From positions 1 through 50,456 of IMG/VR virus record IMGVR_UViG_3300044800_000405: DNA of 50,456 nucleotides; one strand, written 5' to 3'. The position numbers and the translations under genes were made by a program. The first letter of the stretch is position 1, and each line of letters begins with the position of its first letter. The notes under the pieces are model-generated. The model saw nothing but the letters and a program-made list of their open reading frames with translations, was not told where the DNA came from and did no database searches. This DNA is from a virus. Taxonomy: Duplodnaviria > Caudoviricetes. Positions 18,482-26,540 of the stretch are shown piece after piece.

Positions 18482-18500
18482 CACAGACCTCTGGTCTGTG
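18482..18500. promoter_or_regulatory. Perfect palindrome (operator-like) within putative tRNA promoter
   Basis: CACAGACC-TCT-GGTCTGTG; TGGCAC-17 nt-TATCTT overlaps it. Confidence 0.55.
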
Positions 18501-18522
18501 TTATCTTTCGCAAATTCATCGG

Positions 18523-18597
18523 TGCGGGGTAGAACAGTGGTAGTTCGGCAGCCTCATAAACTGCTTGTCGGTGGTTCGATTCCACCCTCCGCAACCA
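18523..18597 (+). tRNA. tRNA with CAT anticodon (Met, initiator-like body), CCA encoded
   Basis: Cloverleaf: TGCGGGG/CTCCGCA acceptor, GAAC/GTTC D-stem, CTCATAA loop, GGTGG-TTCGATT-CCACC T-arm, ACCA end. Confidence 0.92.
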
Positions 18598-18610
18598 CTT
18601 TATTTCCGAC

Positions 18611-18638
18611 TTGACCCTGTCTGCTGGTGGTGTAAATT
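18611..18638 (+). promoter_or_regulatory. Promoter of the Cas12f-like gene with GCTGGTGG in spacer
   Basis: TTGACC 18611-18616, GCTGGTGG 18623-18630, TAAATT 18633-18638. Confidence 0.6.
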
Positions 18639-18647
18639 CCCGCCACC

Positions 18648-20141
18648 ATGAGAATGTCCCTAAGAAAGCATCGCCGTGTGCGGGCCAGCGCCGCCAAAAC
18701 TCAACGCCGCTACATGCGGCTGGCGGCGAAGGTGGTTAAAAATGTTTTTGTCCCGGCCCAAAAAGGAACCCCCCTGGGACCACCCGCCCCACTGGTCCAG
18801 AAACTTCCCCTGCCCTCGTCCGTCGCGCCTTCCGTCCCTGCCGTCCCTTCGGCCACCCCCGCGCCCGGAAAAAGTTTGGTTTGCAGCCAGTGCGGCACCG
18901 CCCCCAAAACCCCCCTTATCGGCCGTCTCCCGCGCGGGTGGAAAAGGATGGAGGCCGAGGTCGTCTGCCCCAAATGCTGGCATGACAAGTTTTTCCTCCG
19001 CGCCATCACCTTTGCCGTGTCCGGCCCCATCGTAAAAGAGGACTGGCCGGCCTTGCGTGAAGCCTTGCAGGCAGGCTGGGCGCAATCCACCCGGCTCTGC
19101 AACTGGGCCGTTACCGAACTCGCCAAGGCCGATGTCACCCGCCAGCCAGACATGGCCAAACTGCCCAAGTTCGCCCTGCCGTATTTATACCCGCCCGCGC
19201 GCAAGTTGTTCCCCGGCCTGGCCAGCCAAACGGTCGTGGCCCTGCTCAACACCGTCCAGCGCAAGTATGCCCAGACCCGCTTTGAACGCATCTGGCTTGG
19301 GAATGTCTCCCTGCAAAGCTACAAGTACCCCGTGCCCGTGCCCGTGCCCGCTGCCGGCTATTCCTGCGAACTGATGAAGCGCGGGCCGGACCGCGTGCCC
19401 GTTGTCCATCTGCGCATCGGCGACCAGCGTTTTTCCTTGTTATTGCGTGGCGGCGTTGAATGGGCGCGCCAGTTACATGACTTCACCCAAGTGGTGCATG
19501 GCCACGGTTTGCAGTGCGAGGCCGCCATTGGCCGGCGGCGCGTGACGGACTCCGATACCTGGAACGGCGTGGCCGAGCGTCAGGCCGGCGGCGGCCAGCG
19601 CCAGCATTACCGCATCATGCTCAAGTTGGTTGCGTGGCTGCCCCGCAAACCTGTTGGCAAAAAACAGAAACCCAAAAACCTCACCTTGAATACCGGCCAA
19701 GACTTTTTCTGGCAGGCTGTTCTGGATGGCGGCCAGCCTTGGATTTTACATGCCGATCATGTCCGGGGCTGGGTGTTAAGCCATGCCCACCGGCTGCAAC
19801 ATTGGAGTGACGACCAGAAGTTTGAGCACCGGCGCAACGCGCGGGCGCGGCAGCCCCTTAACGAACACCGCGCAGCGGCGGCGCGCAAGCAAAACGACCG
19901 GCTCGATACTTGGTGTCATACTGCCGCTGCGCTTTTCACCCAATGGTGCTCCCGCCAGCGTGTAACACGGGTGCAATATGATGAAACCGGCGGCCATTTT
20001 CTTGAAAGTTTTCCTTGGCACCGGCTTAAAACCCTGTTACAAGAGAAACTGAACGTGGCCGGAATTGACTTTGCCGAAGTTGCGAGCGCCACAGTGCCGG
20101 AGGAATCCAGCACCAGCGCTCGCCAAAAGACAAAGTCCTGA
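18648..20141 (+). CDS. Cas12f-like type V effector, predicted nuclease-dead, with N-terminal zinc finger
   Basis: By-eye alignment to AsCas12f1 motifs (GNVSLQSYKYPVP ~ GDMSIPSYKRDIP; KNLTLNTG ~ KIMGIDLG; RVQYDET ~ TIQMEDL; FPWHRLKTLLQEKLNVAGI ~ WTYYDLQQKIIYKAEEAGI); adjacent CRISPR array. Confidence 0.8.
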   Translation: MRMSLRKHRRVRASAAKTQRRYMRLAAKVVKNVFVPAQKGTPLGPPAPLVQKLPLPSSVAPSVPAVPSATPAPGKSLVCSQCGTAPKTPLIGRLPRGWKRMEAEVVCPKCWHDKFFLRAITFAVSGPIVKEDWPALREALQAGWAQSTRLCNWAVTELAKADVTRQPDMAKLPKFALPYLYPPARKLFPGLASQTVVALLNTVQRKYAQTRFERIWLGNVSLQSYKYPVPVPVPAAGYSCELMKRGPDRVPVVHLRIGDQRFSLLLRGGVEWARQLHDFTQVVHGHGLQCEAAIGRRRVTDSDTWNGVAERQAGGGQRQHYRIMLKLVAWLPRKPVGKKQKPKNLTLNTGQDFFWQAVLDGGQPWILHADHVRGWVLSHAHRLQHWSDDQKFEHRRNARARQPLNEHRAAAARKQNDRLDTWCHTAAALFTQWCSRQRVTRVQYDETGGHFLESFPWHRLKTLLQEKLNVAGIDFAEVASATVPEESSTSARQKTKS

Positions 20142-20260
20142 ACGGCAGTATTTTGAGTGACCGATACACTCAGCGCGGTTGCGCCTTGGTACGCTTGCCG
20201 GCCCTGGCTCTCGCGGAACACCGTTTAAGTAGCGGGGATTACGCTGTTTACAGCCCGGCC
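20082..20260 (+). promoter_or_regulatory. Putative CRISPR leader / scaffold RNA region
   Basis: Lies between effector core and repeat 1; inverted repeat GCGAGCGC (20082-20089)/GCGCTCGC (20116-20123); degenerate repeats are at the opposite end of the array. Confidence 0.5.
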
Positions 20261-20869
20261 CCCGCAGCGACTAAAATTAAAGCTGTCGGCTTCGGGGGTT
20301 CCGTGTCAAACCGTTGCTTCTTTTGCCAGAAAGCCCGCAGCGACTAAAATTAAAGCTGTCGGCTTCGGGCGATGTCTTGTAGCGAAAGAGTTTAACACCC
20401 GACTCCCGCAGCGACTAAAATTAAAGCTGTCGGCTTCGGGAGTGTCCTGAAATAATTCCACGAGGTCGAAAGCCCCCCGCAGCGACTAAAATTAAAGCTG
20501 TCGGCTTCGGCTTCGCACCGCGAAATCAAGAAGCTGGACAAGCCCCCCGCAGCGACTAAAATTAAAGCTGTCGGCTTCGGGCGCACGCCGTTTGTGGAGA
20601 GCCGAACTGAATTCCTGCCCGCAGCGACTAAAATTAAAGCTGTCGGCTTCGGGGTGAAACGCGATGTTGACACCGGCAACAAACTTATTCCCGCAGCGAC
20701 TAAAATTAAAGCGGTCAGCTTCGGGTCGCCACCAGTAGAGAGTTTTGGAGAGGAAGAAATCCCGCAGCGACTAAAATTAAAGCGGTCGCCTTCGGGTTGC
20801 CTGTTGGGTTGACAGGATGACCACAACCCGCCACCCGCAGCGACTAAAATTAAAGCGGTCAGCTTCGGG
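20261..20869 (+). CRISPR. CRISPR array: 9 x 36-bp repeats (CCCGCAGCGACTAAAATTAAAGCTGTCGGCTTCGGG), 8 unique spacers of 34-37 bp
   Basis: Repeats start at 20261, 20334, 20405, 20476, 20546, 20618, 20690, 20761, 20834; repeat 4 ends in C; repeats 7-9 carry substitutions; orientation inferred. Confidence 0.97.
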
Positions 20870-20886
20870 CTTACAATCACAGATTC

Positions 20887-22728
20887 CTAAAACGTCAGCG
20901 CATGTTGCTTCCGTTGCTCCCGCAACTTGTCCTGCCGTTTCATAAACCAGTCCCAGGTGGAATTCTCCGCCGGCACATCCGCGCCCAGGCGTTTGATCTT
21001 GAACCCGCGTTGCCGCGCCCCTTCCAGCGCAATCGCCAGCCAGTCAAACAGGTCCGGGCTTTTGCCCATCCGCTCCTTGAGTTCATCCTTCGGCTCCACT
21101 TCAATCTTGTCGCCCGCCACCGTCTTGTACTCGCGCCAGCAGCCCTCGGCCATCACGTCCTCCGGCAACTCTCGCATCTGGCCGCTCTCTATCGTCTCCC
21201 GCACGCTAAACCACATCTCCGTTATGAACTTGCTGTAATGTTCCTCGCACCGTTTCAGCCGGCGCCGCCCGTCCTTTTCAGCTACCCATAAATCCCAACG
21301 CACGGGCCGCGTCGTCGTCCGCGCCCCGGCGTCCACCGGCACCGGCGGGTTAAAGCCAAACTTCCGCGCAAAGGCAAACCCCACCGTCCCCTTGCCGAAT
21401 GAATCGTAAAAACAATTGTCCGGCGCTATCCCGTTGGCTTCCAAATCCTCCTTCACCAGGTCCGCTATCTGGTCTTCCGGCGGCAGGGCCGGGTTCACAA
21501 TTATTTTCAATATGCGCGGCGGGTTCACCCGCAAAATCTGCGTGCCCTCGGCACTCTCCCCAAACTCTATCCATCCGCCCACGCAGCGGTCCCCGCCGCC
21601 ATAGGCCGGGTCCACGCTGTAAATGCGCGGGCGCGGTTTGCCCGCCCACACCGCGCGCTCGTGCGCCCCGTGCAGCCGGCACAATTGCCGGGTTATCACG
21701 CGCGAATGTTCCAGCCCTATCCGCATCCGGCCCATGATTTGCGTCTCATACTCCGGCGAGTTTTTCCCGTAATCATGCGCGATAATCCGCTCATAATCGT
21801 GCCCAATCAGTCCCTTGTATTGGTCTTGTGGCTGGTCAAAGTTCGGACTGTCCAGCCCAATCAAATTCACGCACACCCCGCCCAGCAGTTTGATGGGCCA
21901 CACCTGCGTCTTTTCCAGCCCGTCCACCGCCGGCCAGCCCTCCAGCGGCTCGCCCACAATGCCCAGTTGATCGTTCGGGTCGTGGCGCGGATTCCCGCTC
22001 CCAATCACCTTCAACCCGCCCGCGCCCGTGTTGCTCCGCATGTTTGGCAGGCAGCCCAGGAACGTCGGCGCCATGAACTGCAATTCGTCGCACTGAAACC
22101 GGAACCGTTTTTGTTTTATCCCCGCAAAGTTCCCCAGCCCCACCCATTGCTTGCCCACATAGCACGCCTTGCAGAAAATTCCCTTGCGCAGGTCCCGCGC
22201 GTCCTCGCTGTCGGCGGCGCGGTCGTCCGTCGCAATGCGCTGTTTGTATTCAATCAAGTGTCCCGCCAGCCAGGAATAATTTTCCCGGCCCGCCTTCCAT
22301 AAACTTTTCATCTCGCCCCACACGGCGTCTTCCAGTTTGTCCTTGGTCGTGCTGCTCACCAGCACCGCCGTTTCATCCGGGTAACACCAGTAATCAATCA
22401 GGCTGAACTCGCTCGCGTGGCTCGTCTTCTGGCTCGAAGCCGCCCCCATCAAAATCGTGATGCTGTTCTTGATTATCTCCCGGTAAATCAACTCGCTCCA
22501 ACGGTGGCAGTAACGGTCCGGCCAGATCAATTTGCGCGCGTTCAAATAATGCCGGAGCAACTCGCCTTCCCCCTCAGACTGTGGACTGTGGACTGTGGCC
22601 TCTGGACTGTGGACTGTGGACTGTGGACTCAAGACTTTTTTCCACGTCCTCCGTATCATGTTAAACTCCACGGCCAGCGCATCCGGTTTGCGCTGCCATT
22701 TCTGCCCGTATTGGTCCTCGTAAATCAT
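20887..22728 (-). CDS. Terminase large subunit
   Basis: Walker A-like MGAASSQKT, Walker B FQCDE, GSGNP, RNase H-like SVDPAYGGGDRCV and KSPDLFD. Confidence 0.85.
   Translation of the reverse strand: MIYEDQYGQKWQRKPDALAVEFNMIRRTWKKVLSPQSTVHSPEATVHSPQSEGEGELLRHYLNARKLIWPDRYCHRWSELIYREIIKNSITILMGAASSQKTSHASEFSLIDYWCYPDETAVLVSSTTKDKLEDAVWGEMKSLWKAGRENYSWLAGHLIEYKQRIATDDRAADSEDARDLRKGIFCKACYVGKQWVGLGNFAGIKQKRFRFQCDELQFMAPTFLGCLPNMRSNTGAGGLKVIGSGNPRHDPNDQLGIVGEPLEGWPAVDGLEKTQVWPIKLLGGVCVNLIGLDSPNFDQPQDQYKGLIGHDYERIIAHDYGKNSPEYETQIMGRMRIGLEHSRVITRQLCRLHGAHERAVWAGKPRPRIYSVDPAYGGGDRCVGGWIEFGESAEGTQILRVNPPRILKIIVNPALPPEDQIADLVKEDLEANGIAPDNCFYDSFGKGTVGFAFARKFGFNPPVPVDAGARTTTRPVRWDLWVAEKDGRRRLKRCEEHYSKFITEMWFSVRETIESGQMRELPEDVMAEGCWREYKTVAGDKIEVEPKDELKERMGKSPDLFDWLAIALEGARQRGFKIKRLGADVPAENSTWDWFMKRQDKLREQRKQHALTF
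22576..22629 (-). repeat. (CCACAGT)n heptamer array in frame within terL
   Basis: GGACTGT units on +; encodes SPQSTVHSPEATVHSPQS. Confidence 0.85.
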
Positions 22729-22876
22729 GGCTGGCTTCCCCCTCTCCTGGGGGAGAGGGCCGGGGTGAGGGCGGTCGTAAACATTTTTTTCAGCCTTTAG
22801 CCTTTAGCCTTTAGCCTTCTCCTACCCTGCCCCTTGCGCATTACATTTTCAACGGTAACGTTAAAAATAAAGCATT

Positions 22877-23902
22877 ATGAGTATTCCAAGCGATTGTTGC
22901 TCTCCCTGTCCTTCTGTCACCGCCGTCAACGTCCCCGGAGTCCCCGGCGCCAACGGCAATAACGGCATCAACGCCTTCACCACCACTTTGGGCGTCATTA
23001 CCCTGCCCATTCCCCTGGCCAATGTCGGTCCCATTGCTGTTGCCAATTCCAGTTGGCTGACCCCCGGCCAGAGCGTCGTCGCCAGCAGCGATGCCTCCCA
23101 TGTCGGCACCTTCCGGGTCGTATCCGTCTCCACCGGCTTTGTCACCCTGCAATGGCTGGCTGCCACCGGAGATTCCGCGCAGGCCACGCCCATTCCCATT
23201 GGTGCCACCCTTTCCCCGTCCGGCGCTCCTGGCCTTTCCAGTTTTGGGGTTCTAGCCGTCACCTGTTTTGCCACTGCCGGCGCCTTTGCCTTCACGCCCA
23301 ACCCCAATGCCACTGCCCTTTATGTCGAGTGCATCGGGGCCGGCGGCTCCGGCGGCGGCGGCGGCTCCACCGCTGGTGATGCTTCCCTCGGCTCCGGCGG
23401 CGGCGGCGGCGCTTATTCCGCCGTGTTCCTCACCCCCATTTTGGCCACTTACTCCGGCATCGTGGGCGCGGGCGGTGCGGCCCCTGCCCCCGGCAACAAT
23501 CCCGGCATCCTTGGCGGCTTTACCAGTTTCATCGGCAACGCCTCCAATCTTTGTCTGGCCAACGGCGGCGCAGCGGGCGCGGGCGGCGGCGCCCCAGGCA
23601 CCACAGCCCTGTTAATTCTCGGCGGCACGGGCGCCTCCGTGGCCGGCGCTGTCGGTGATCTCGTGATGGATGGCGACGACGGCGGCATTAGCAATCGCGT
23701 CTCCGGCACGGTGGGCAGTTCGGGCCGGGGCGGCAGCGGGCCTTTTTCCGGCGGTTCCTCCAGCCTCATCGCCCAGGGCAACGGCAATACGGGCGGCCAG
23801 TACGGCGGCGGCGGGTCCGGCGGCAATACCCTGAATGGCGGCGCGGCCACCTCCGGCGGCGCCGGCGCCGATGGCCTGGTCCGCATCTGGCAGCTTGGTT
23901 GA
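22877..23902 (+). CDS. Glycine-rich tail fibre-like virion protein
   Basis: VECIGAGGSGGGG...GGGGGAYS...YGGGGSGG...GADGLVRIW Gly-rich domain. Confidence 0.75.
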   Translation: MSIPSDCCSPCPSVTAVNVPGVPGANGNNGINAFTTTLGVITLPIPLANVGPIAVANSSWLTPGQSVVASSDASHVGTFRVVSVSTGFVTLQWLAATGDSAQATPIPIGATLSPSGAPGLSSFGVLAVTCFATAGAFAFTPNPNATALYVECIGAGGSGGGGGSTAGDASLGSGGGGGAYSAVFLTPILATYSGIVGAGGAAPAPGNNPGILGGFTSFIGNASNLCLANGGAAGAGGGAPGTTALLILGGTGASVAGAVGDLVMDGDDGGISNRVSGTVGSSGRGGSGPFSGGSSSLIAQGNGNTGGQYGGGGSGGNTLNGGAATSGGAGADGLVRIWQLG

Positions 23903-23916
23903 TTCAAGAGCCTCCC

Positions 23917-26445
23917 ATGCCCAACCCCGTTTACGACTTCATTGGCAGTTTCAAGGATGGCATGAATTCGGGCATTGACCCCCTGCTCCTGCCCAAGACC
24001 CAACTCGCGTTTGCCTCCAACGGCACCCTGCGCGGCGACTTTTTCCAAACCCGGCCCGCCACGCAACAACTTGACCTGGCGTATGTCGCGCCATCTGTTC
24101 AAACCGATTTCCAAACCGGCCTGTTTCAGGGCGCCGCTTATTACAAGCCAGATGCCGGCCCGGAGGCCCTCGCCTTGCAAATCGGTGGCTGCCAATTCCT
24201 GGCCACCCCGGATTCCAGCGGCAATGCCCTGGTGCAGGAAATCACCATCCCCGGAGACCCTGATTCCGCCGCCCAGCCCCAAGCCTGGATTTGCCAGGCG
24301 GAAAACTTTCTCATCTTCAACGATGGTCTGGACCTCCCGGTGTTTTACGATGGCGCCACCAGCCGGCGGTCCCTGGGCGCCAGCCAGCCCCTGGGCACAG
24401 TCAACGCCGCCGCTTCCGCGCCGGCCATCGGCAGCACGACGGCCTTGCAACTTTTAGCCGACTACACCGGGCCGCTCAATCAGCCCATCTTCATTGGCAC
24501 GGCCATTTATGTTGTCACTGCGGTCGGCGGCTCAGGGGTCGCCTACTCTGTCGAACTGCAAACCCTGTATGACCCGGACACCAGTCACCCCGCCGGGACC
24601 CCCTTGTATCGGAAGGCCGCCCAAATTGGCGAGGCACAGGCGGTGTTCAATCCCATCATTCCCAATCAGCCGGTGGGCGTCGTCACCTTTGAACTCGTCG
24701 GCACCACCATTCCCACCAATGTCGGTGTGGGAGATTCCATTACCCTGTCCAACCCCACCGTTCCCCCCTCAGACCCCAGCTTGCAAACCATCAAAACCAA
24801 TGTGTTTGCCATCAACAAGCCGTCCCGCACCCGCATGGCCCTGGTCTTTTTCAGTTCCGCCGCGCGCACTGCCGCCACCACCGGCCTCTGGCTGGCCTCC
24901 CTTACCGGCGGCGGCGCCGTCACACAACAGGGAACCGTGGCCGTGGGTTTTTCTGTGCAAACCAGCGGCACAGACATCACCGTGGACCTTGCCTCCAATT
25001 TCAAAGGCTATGTGGGACAGATTATTTGGATCGGCAACGGCCAGTACCAAATCGTTTCCATCACCAACCTTGCCCCCATTCCCGACCTCAACATCACCGT
25101 CGAAAATATAACCGATACCCTCGGCACCAAGCTGCTCAACCTGCCCTTGACCACCCTGCCCGAATTGCCCGCCGGGCGTTCCCTGTGTTACGGCCAGGGC
25201 CGGGTGTGGGAGTCCATGATTGATGGCTTGAGTTTTCTGGGTGGAGACATCGTCAATGGCACCTCCGGCTCGCCGGGCTACAATTACCGCGATGCCGTCC
25301 TGCGCGTTACAGAAAATGACTCCATTGCCGGCGGCGGTTTGTTCCGCGTGCCCGGCAGCGCGGGCGACATCAAGGCCATGCAGTTTTGCGCCCTGCTGGA
25401 TGCCTCCCTGGGCCAGGGTCCGCTCCAGATTTTCACCCCCAACTGTGTATTCAGTTGCCAGGCCCCGGTGGACCGTTCCACCTGGGCCGCGCTCACCAAT
25501 CCCATCCTCACCCAATCGCTCATCGGCGCCGGCGGCGTGGCGCAAAATTCCGTGTCCCTCGCCAATGGCGACATTCTCTTTCGCTCCTCGGATAGCCAGA
25601 TTCGGTCCCTGCTCATGGCGCGGCTGGATTTCAACCGCTGGTCCAACACCCCCGTCAGCCGCGAAATGGCCCGCGTTTTGGACCAGGAAGATTCCACCCT
25701 GCTGGCTTACTCCACCTCTGCGGTTTTCGACAACCGCTTTTTGATGGGCGCCGGGTTGACTTCTTCCAACCGGGGCGTTTTTTCCCCATCCCTCATCGCC
25801 CTGAACTTTGACCCCGTCAGTTCCCTGCGCGGGGCCGATACCACCATTTATGACGGCCAATGGTCCGGCCTGAACGTGTTGCAACTCGTCAGTGGTTTTT
25901 TCAGCGGCGTGTCCCGTTGCTTTGCCGTTTGTCTCTCCACCGATCTCACCCAGATTGAAATTCACGAAATTTTGCCCTCGTCCGGCCCGGCGTCTTTGAC
26001 CCTCGATGATGGCGTCACAGCCATCACCGCTGCCTTTGAATCGCCCGTGCTGGATTTTGGCGACCGCCGCTCCGGCGCCCGCACCTACAAGCGCCTCCAG
26101 TACGGTGAAATCTTTGTGGATAACATCACCGGCCCCGTCACGTTCCAGGCTTTTTACAAACCCGACCAATGGCCCAATTGGGTCCCGTGGTATTCGTGGA
26201 CCCAGTCCTACTCTCAACCCTCAACTCTCAACCCTCAACTGCCTTCTGATCCGGGCTTTCGTCCCCGCGTCGGTCTGCCCATGCCGGACGGCACCGTGTT
26301 TGACACCGTGAACAACCGTCCCTTGCGCGAAGGGTTCACTTTCCAATTCCAACTCGTCGCCACCGGCTCCTTCCGTTTTCTGGGCGCGCGTTTTTCCGCC
26401 GACCTCATCCCTCAGCCCGAATTCGCCGTCCCCGTTTCTCCCTGA
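23917..26445 (+). CDS. Putative tail tubular B / DNA stabilisation protein (T7 gp12 / P22 gp10-like)
   Basis: About 840 aa, beta-rich; F.DGMNS..DP start; precedes adaptor and ejection genes. Confidence 0.6.
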   Translation: MPNPVYDFIGSFKDGMNSGIDPLLLPKTQLAFASNGTLRGDFFQTRPATQQLDLAYVAPSVQTDFQTGLFQGAAYYKPDAGPEALALQIGGCQFLATPDSSGNALVQEITIPGDPDSAAQPQAWICQAENFLIFNDGLDLPVFYDGATSRRSLGASQPLGTVNAAASAPAIGSTTALQLLADYTGPLNQPIFIGTAIYVVTAVGGSGVAYSVELQTLYDPDTSHPAGTPLYRKAAQIGEAQAVFNPIIPNQPVGVVTFELVGTTIPTNVGVGDSITLSNPTVPPSDPSLQTIKTNVFAINKPSRTRMALVFFSSAARTAATTGLWLASLTGGGAVTQQGTVAVGFSVQTSGTDITVDLASNFKGYVGQIIWIGNGQYQIVSITNLAPIPDLNITVENITDTLGTKLLNLPLTTLPELPAGRSLCYGQGRVWESMIDGLSFLGGDIVNGTSGSPGYNYRDAVLRVTENDSIAGGGLFRVPGSAGDIKAMQFCALLDASLGQGPLQIFTPNCVFSCQAPVDRSTWAALTNPILTQSLIGAGGVAQNSVSLANGDILFRSSDSQIRSLLMARLDFNRWSNTPVSREMARVLDQEDSTLLAYSTSAVFDNRFLMGAGLTSSNRGVFSPSLIALNFDPVSSLRGADTTIYDGQWSGLNVLQLVSGFFSGVSRCFAVCLSTDLTQIEIHEILPSSGPASLTLDDGVTAITAAFESPVLDFGDRRSGARTYKRLQYGEIFVDNITGPVTFQAFYKPDQWPNWVPWYSWTQSYSQPSTLNPQLPSDPGFRPRVGLPMPDGTVFDTVNNRPLREGFTFQFQLVATGSFRFLGARFSADLIPQPEFAVPVSP

Positions 26446-26540
26446 CCACTCTGCCCCTTGCCAAACCGTATTTTTACCACGACAAGATATTATGACCATT
26501 TTGTTTCAGCCTTTAGCCTTTAGCCTTTAGCCTTTTTTTT

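Noticed and set aside
18479-18494. sigma54 promoter at TGGCAC
   Set aside because: No TTGC -12 element at the required spacing
18648-20141. IS200/IS605 TnpB, Cas12k CAST or dCas12f-sigmaE system
   Set aside because: No tnpA, tnsB/tnsC/tniQ or sigma factor in the window; a multi-spacer array is adjacent
20654-20689. Self-targeting of spacer 6 to the promoter at 236-265 (TGTTGACACC...AAACTTATT)
   Set aside because: The two matching blocks are 4 nt out of register, so it is not a protospacer; it may hint at a related phage promoter
20392-20880. 162-aa minus-strand ORF with repeated PKPTALILVAAG
   Set aside because: Translation of the CRISPR repeats
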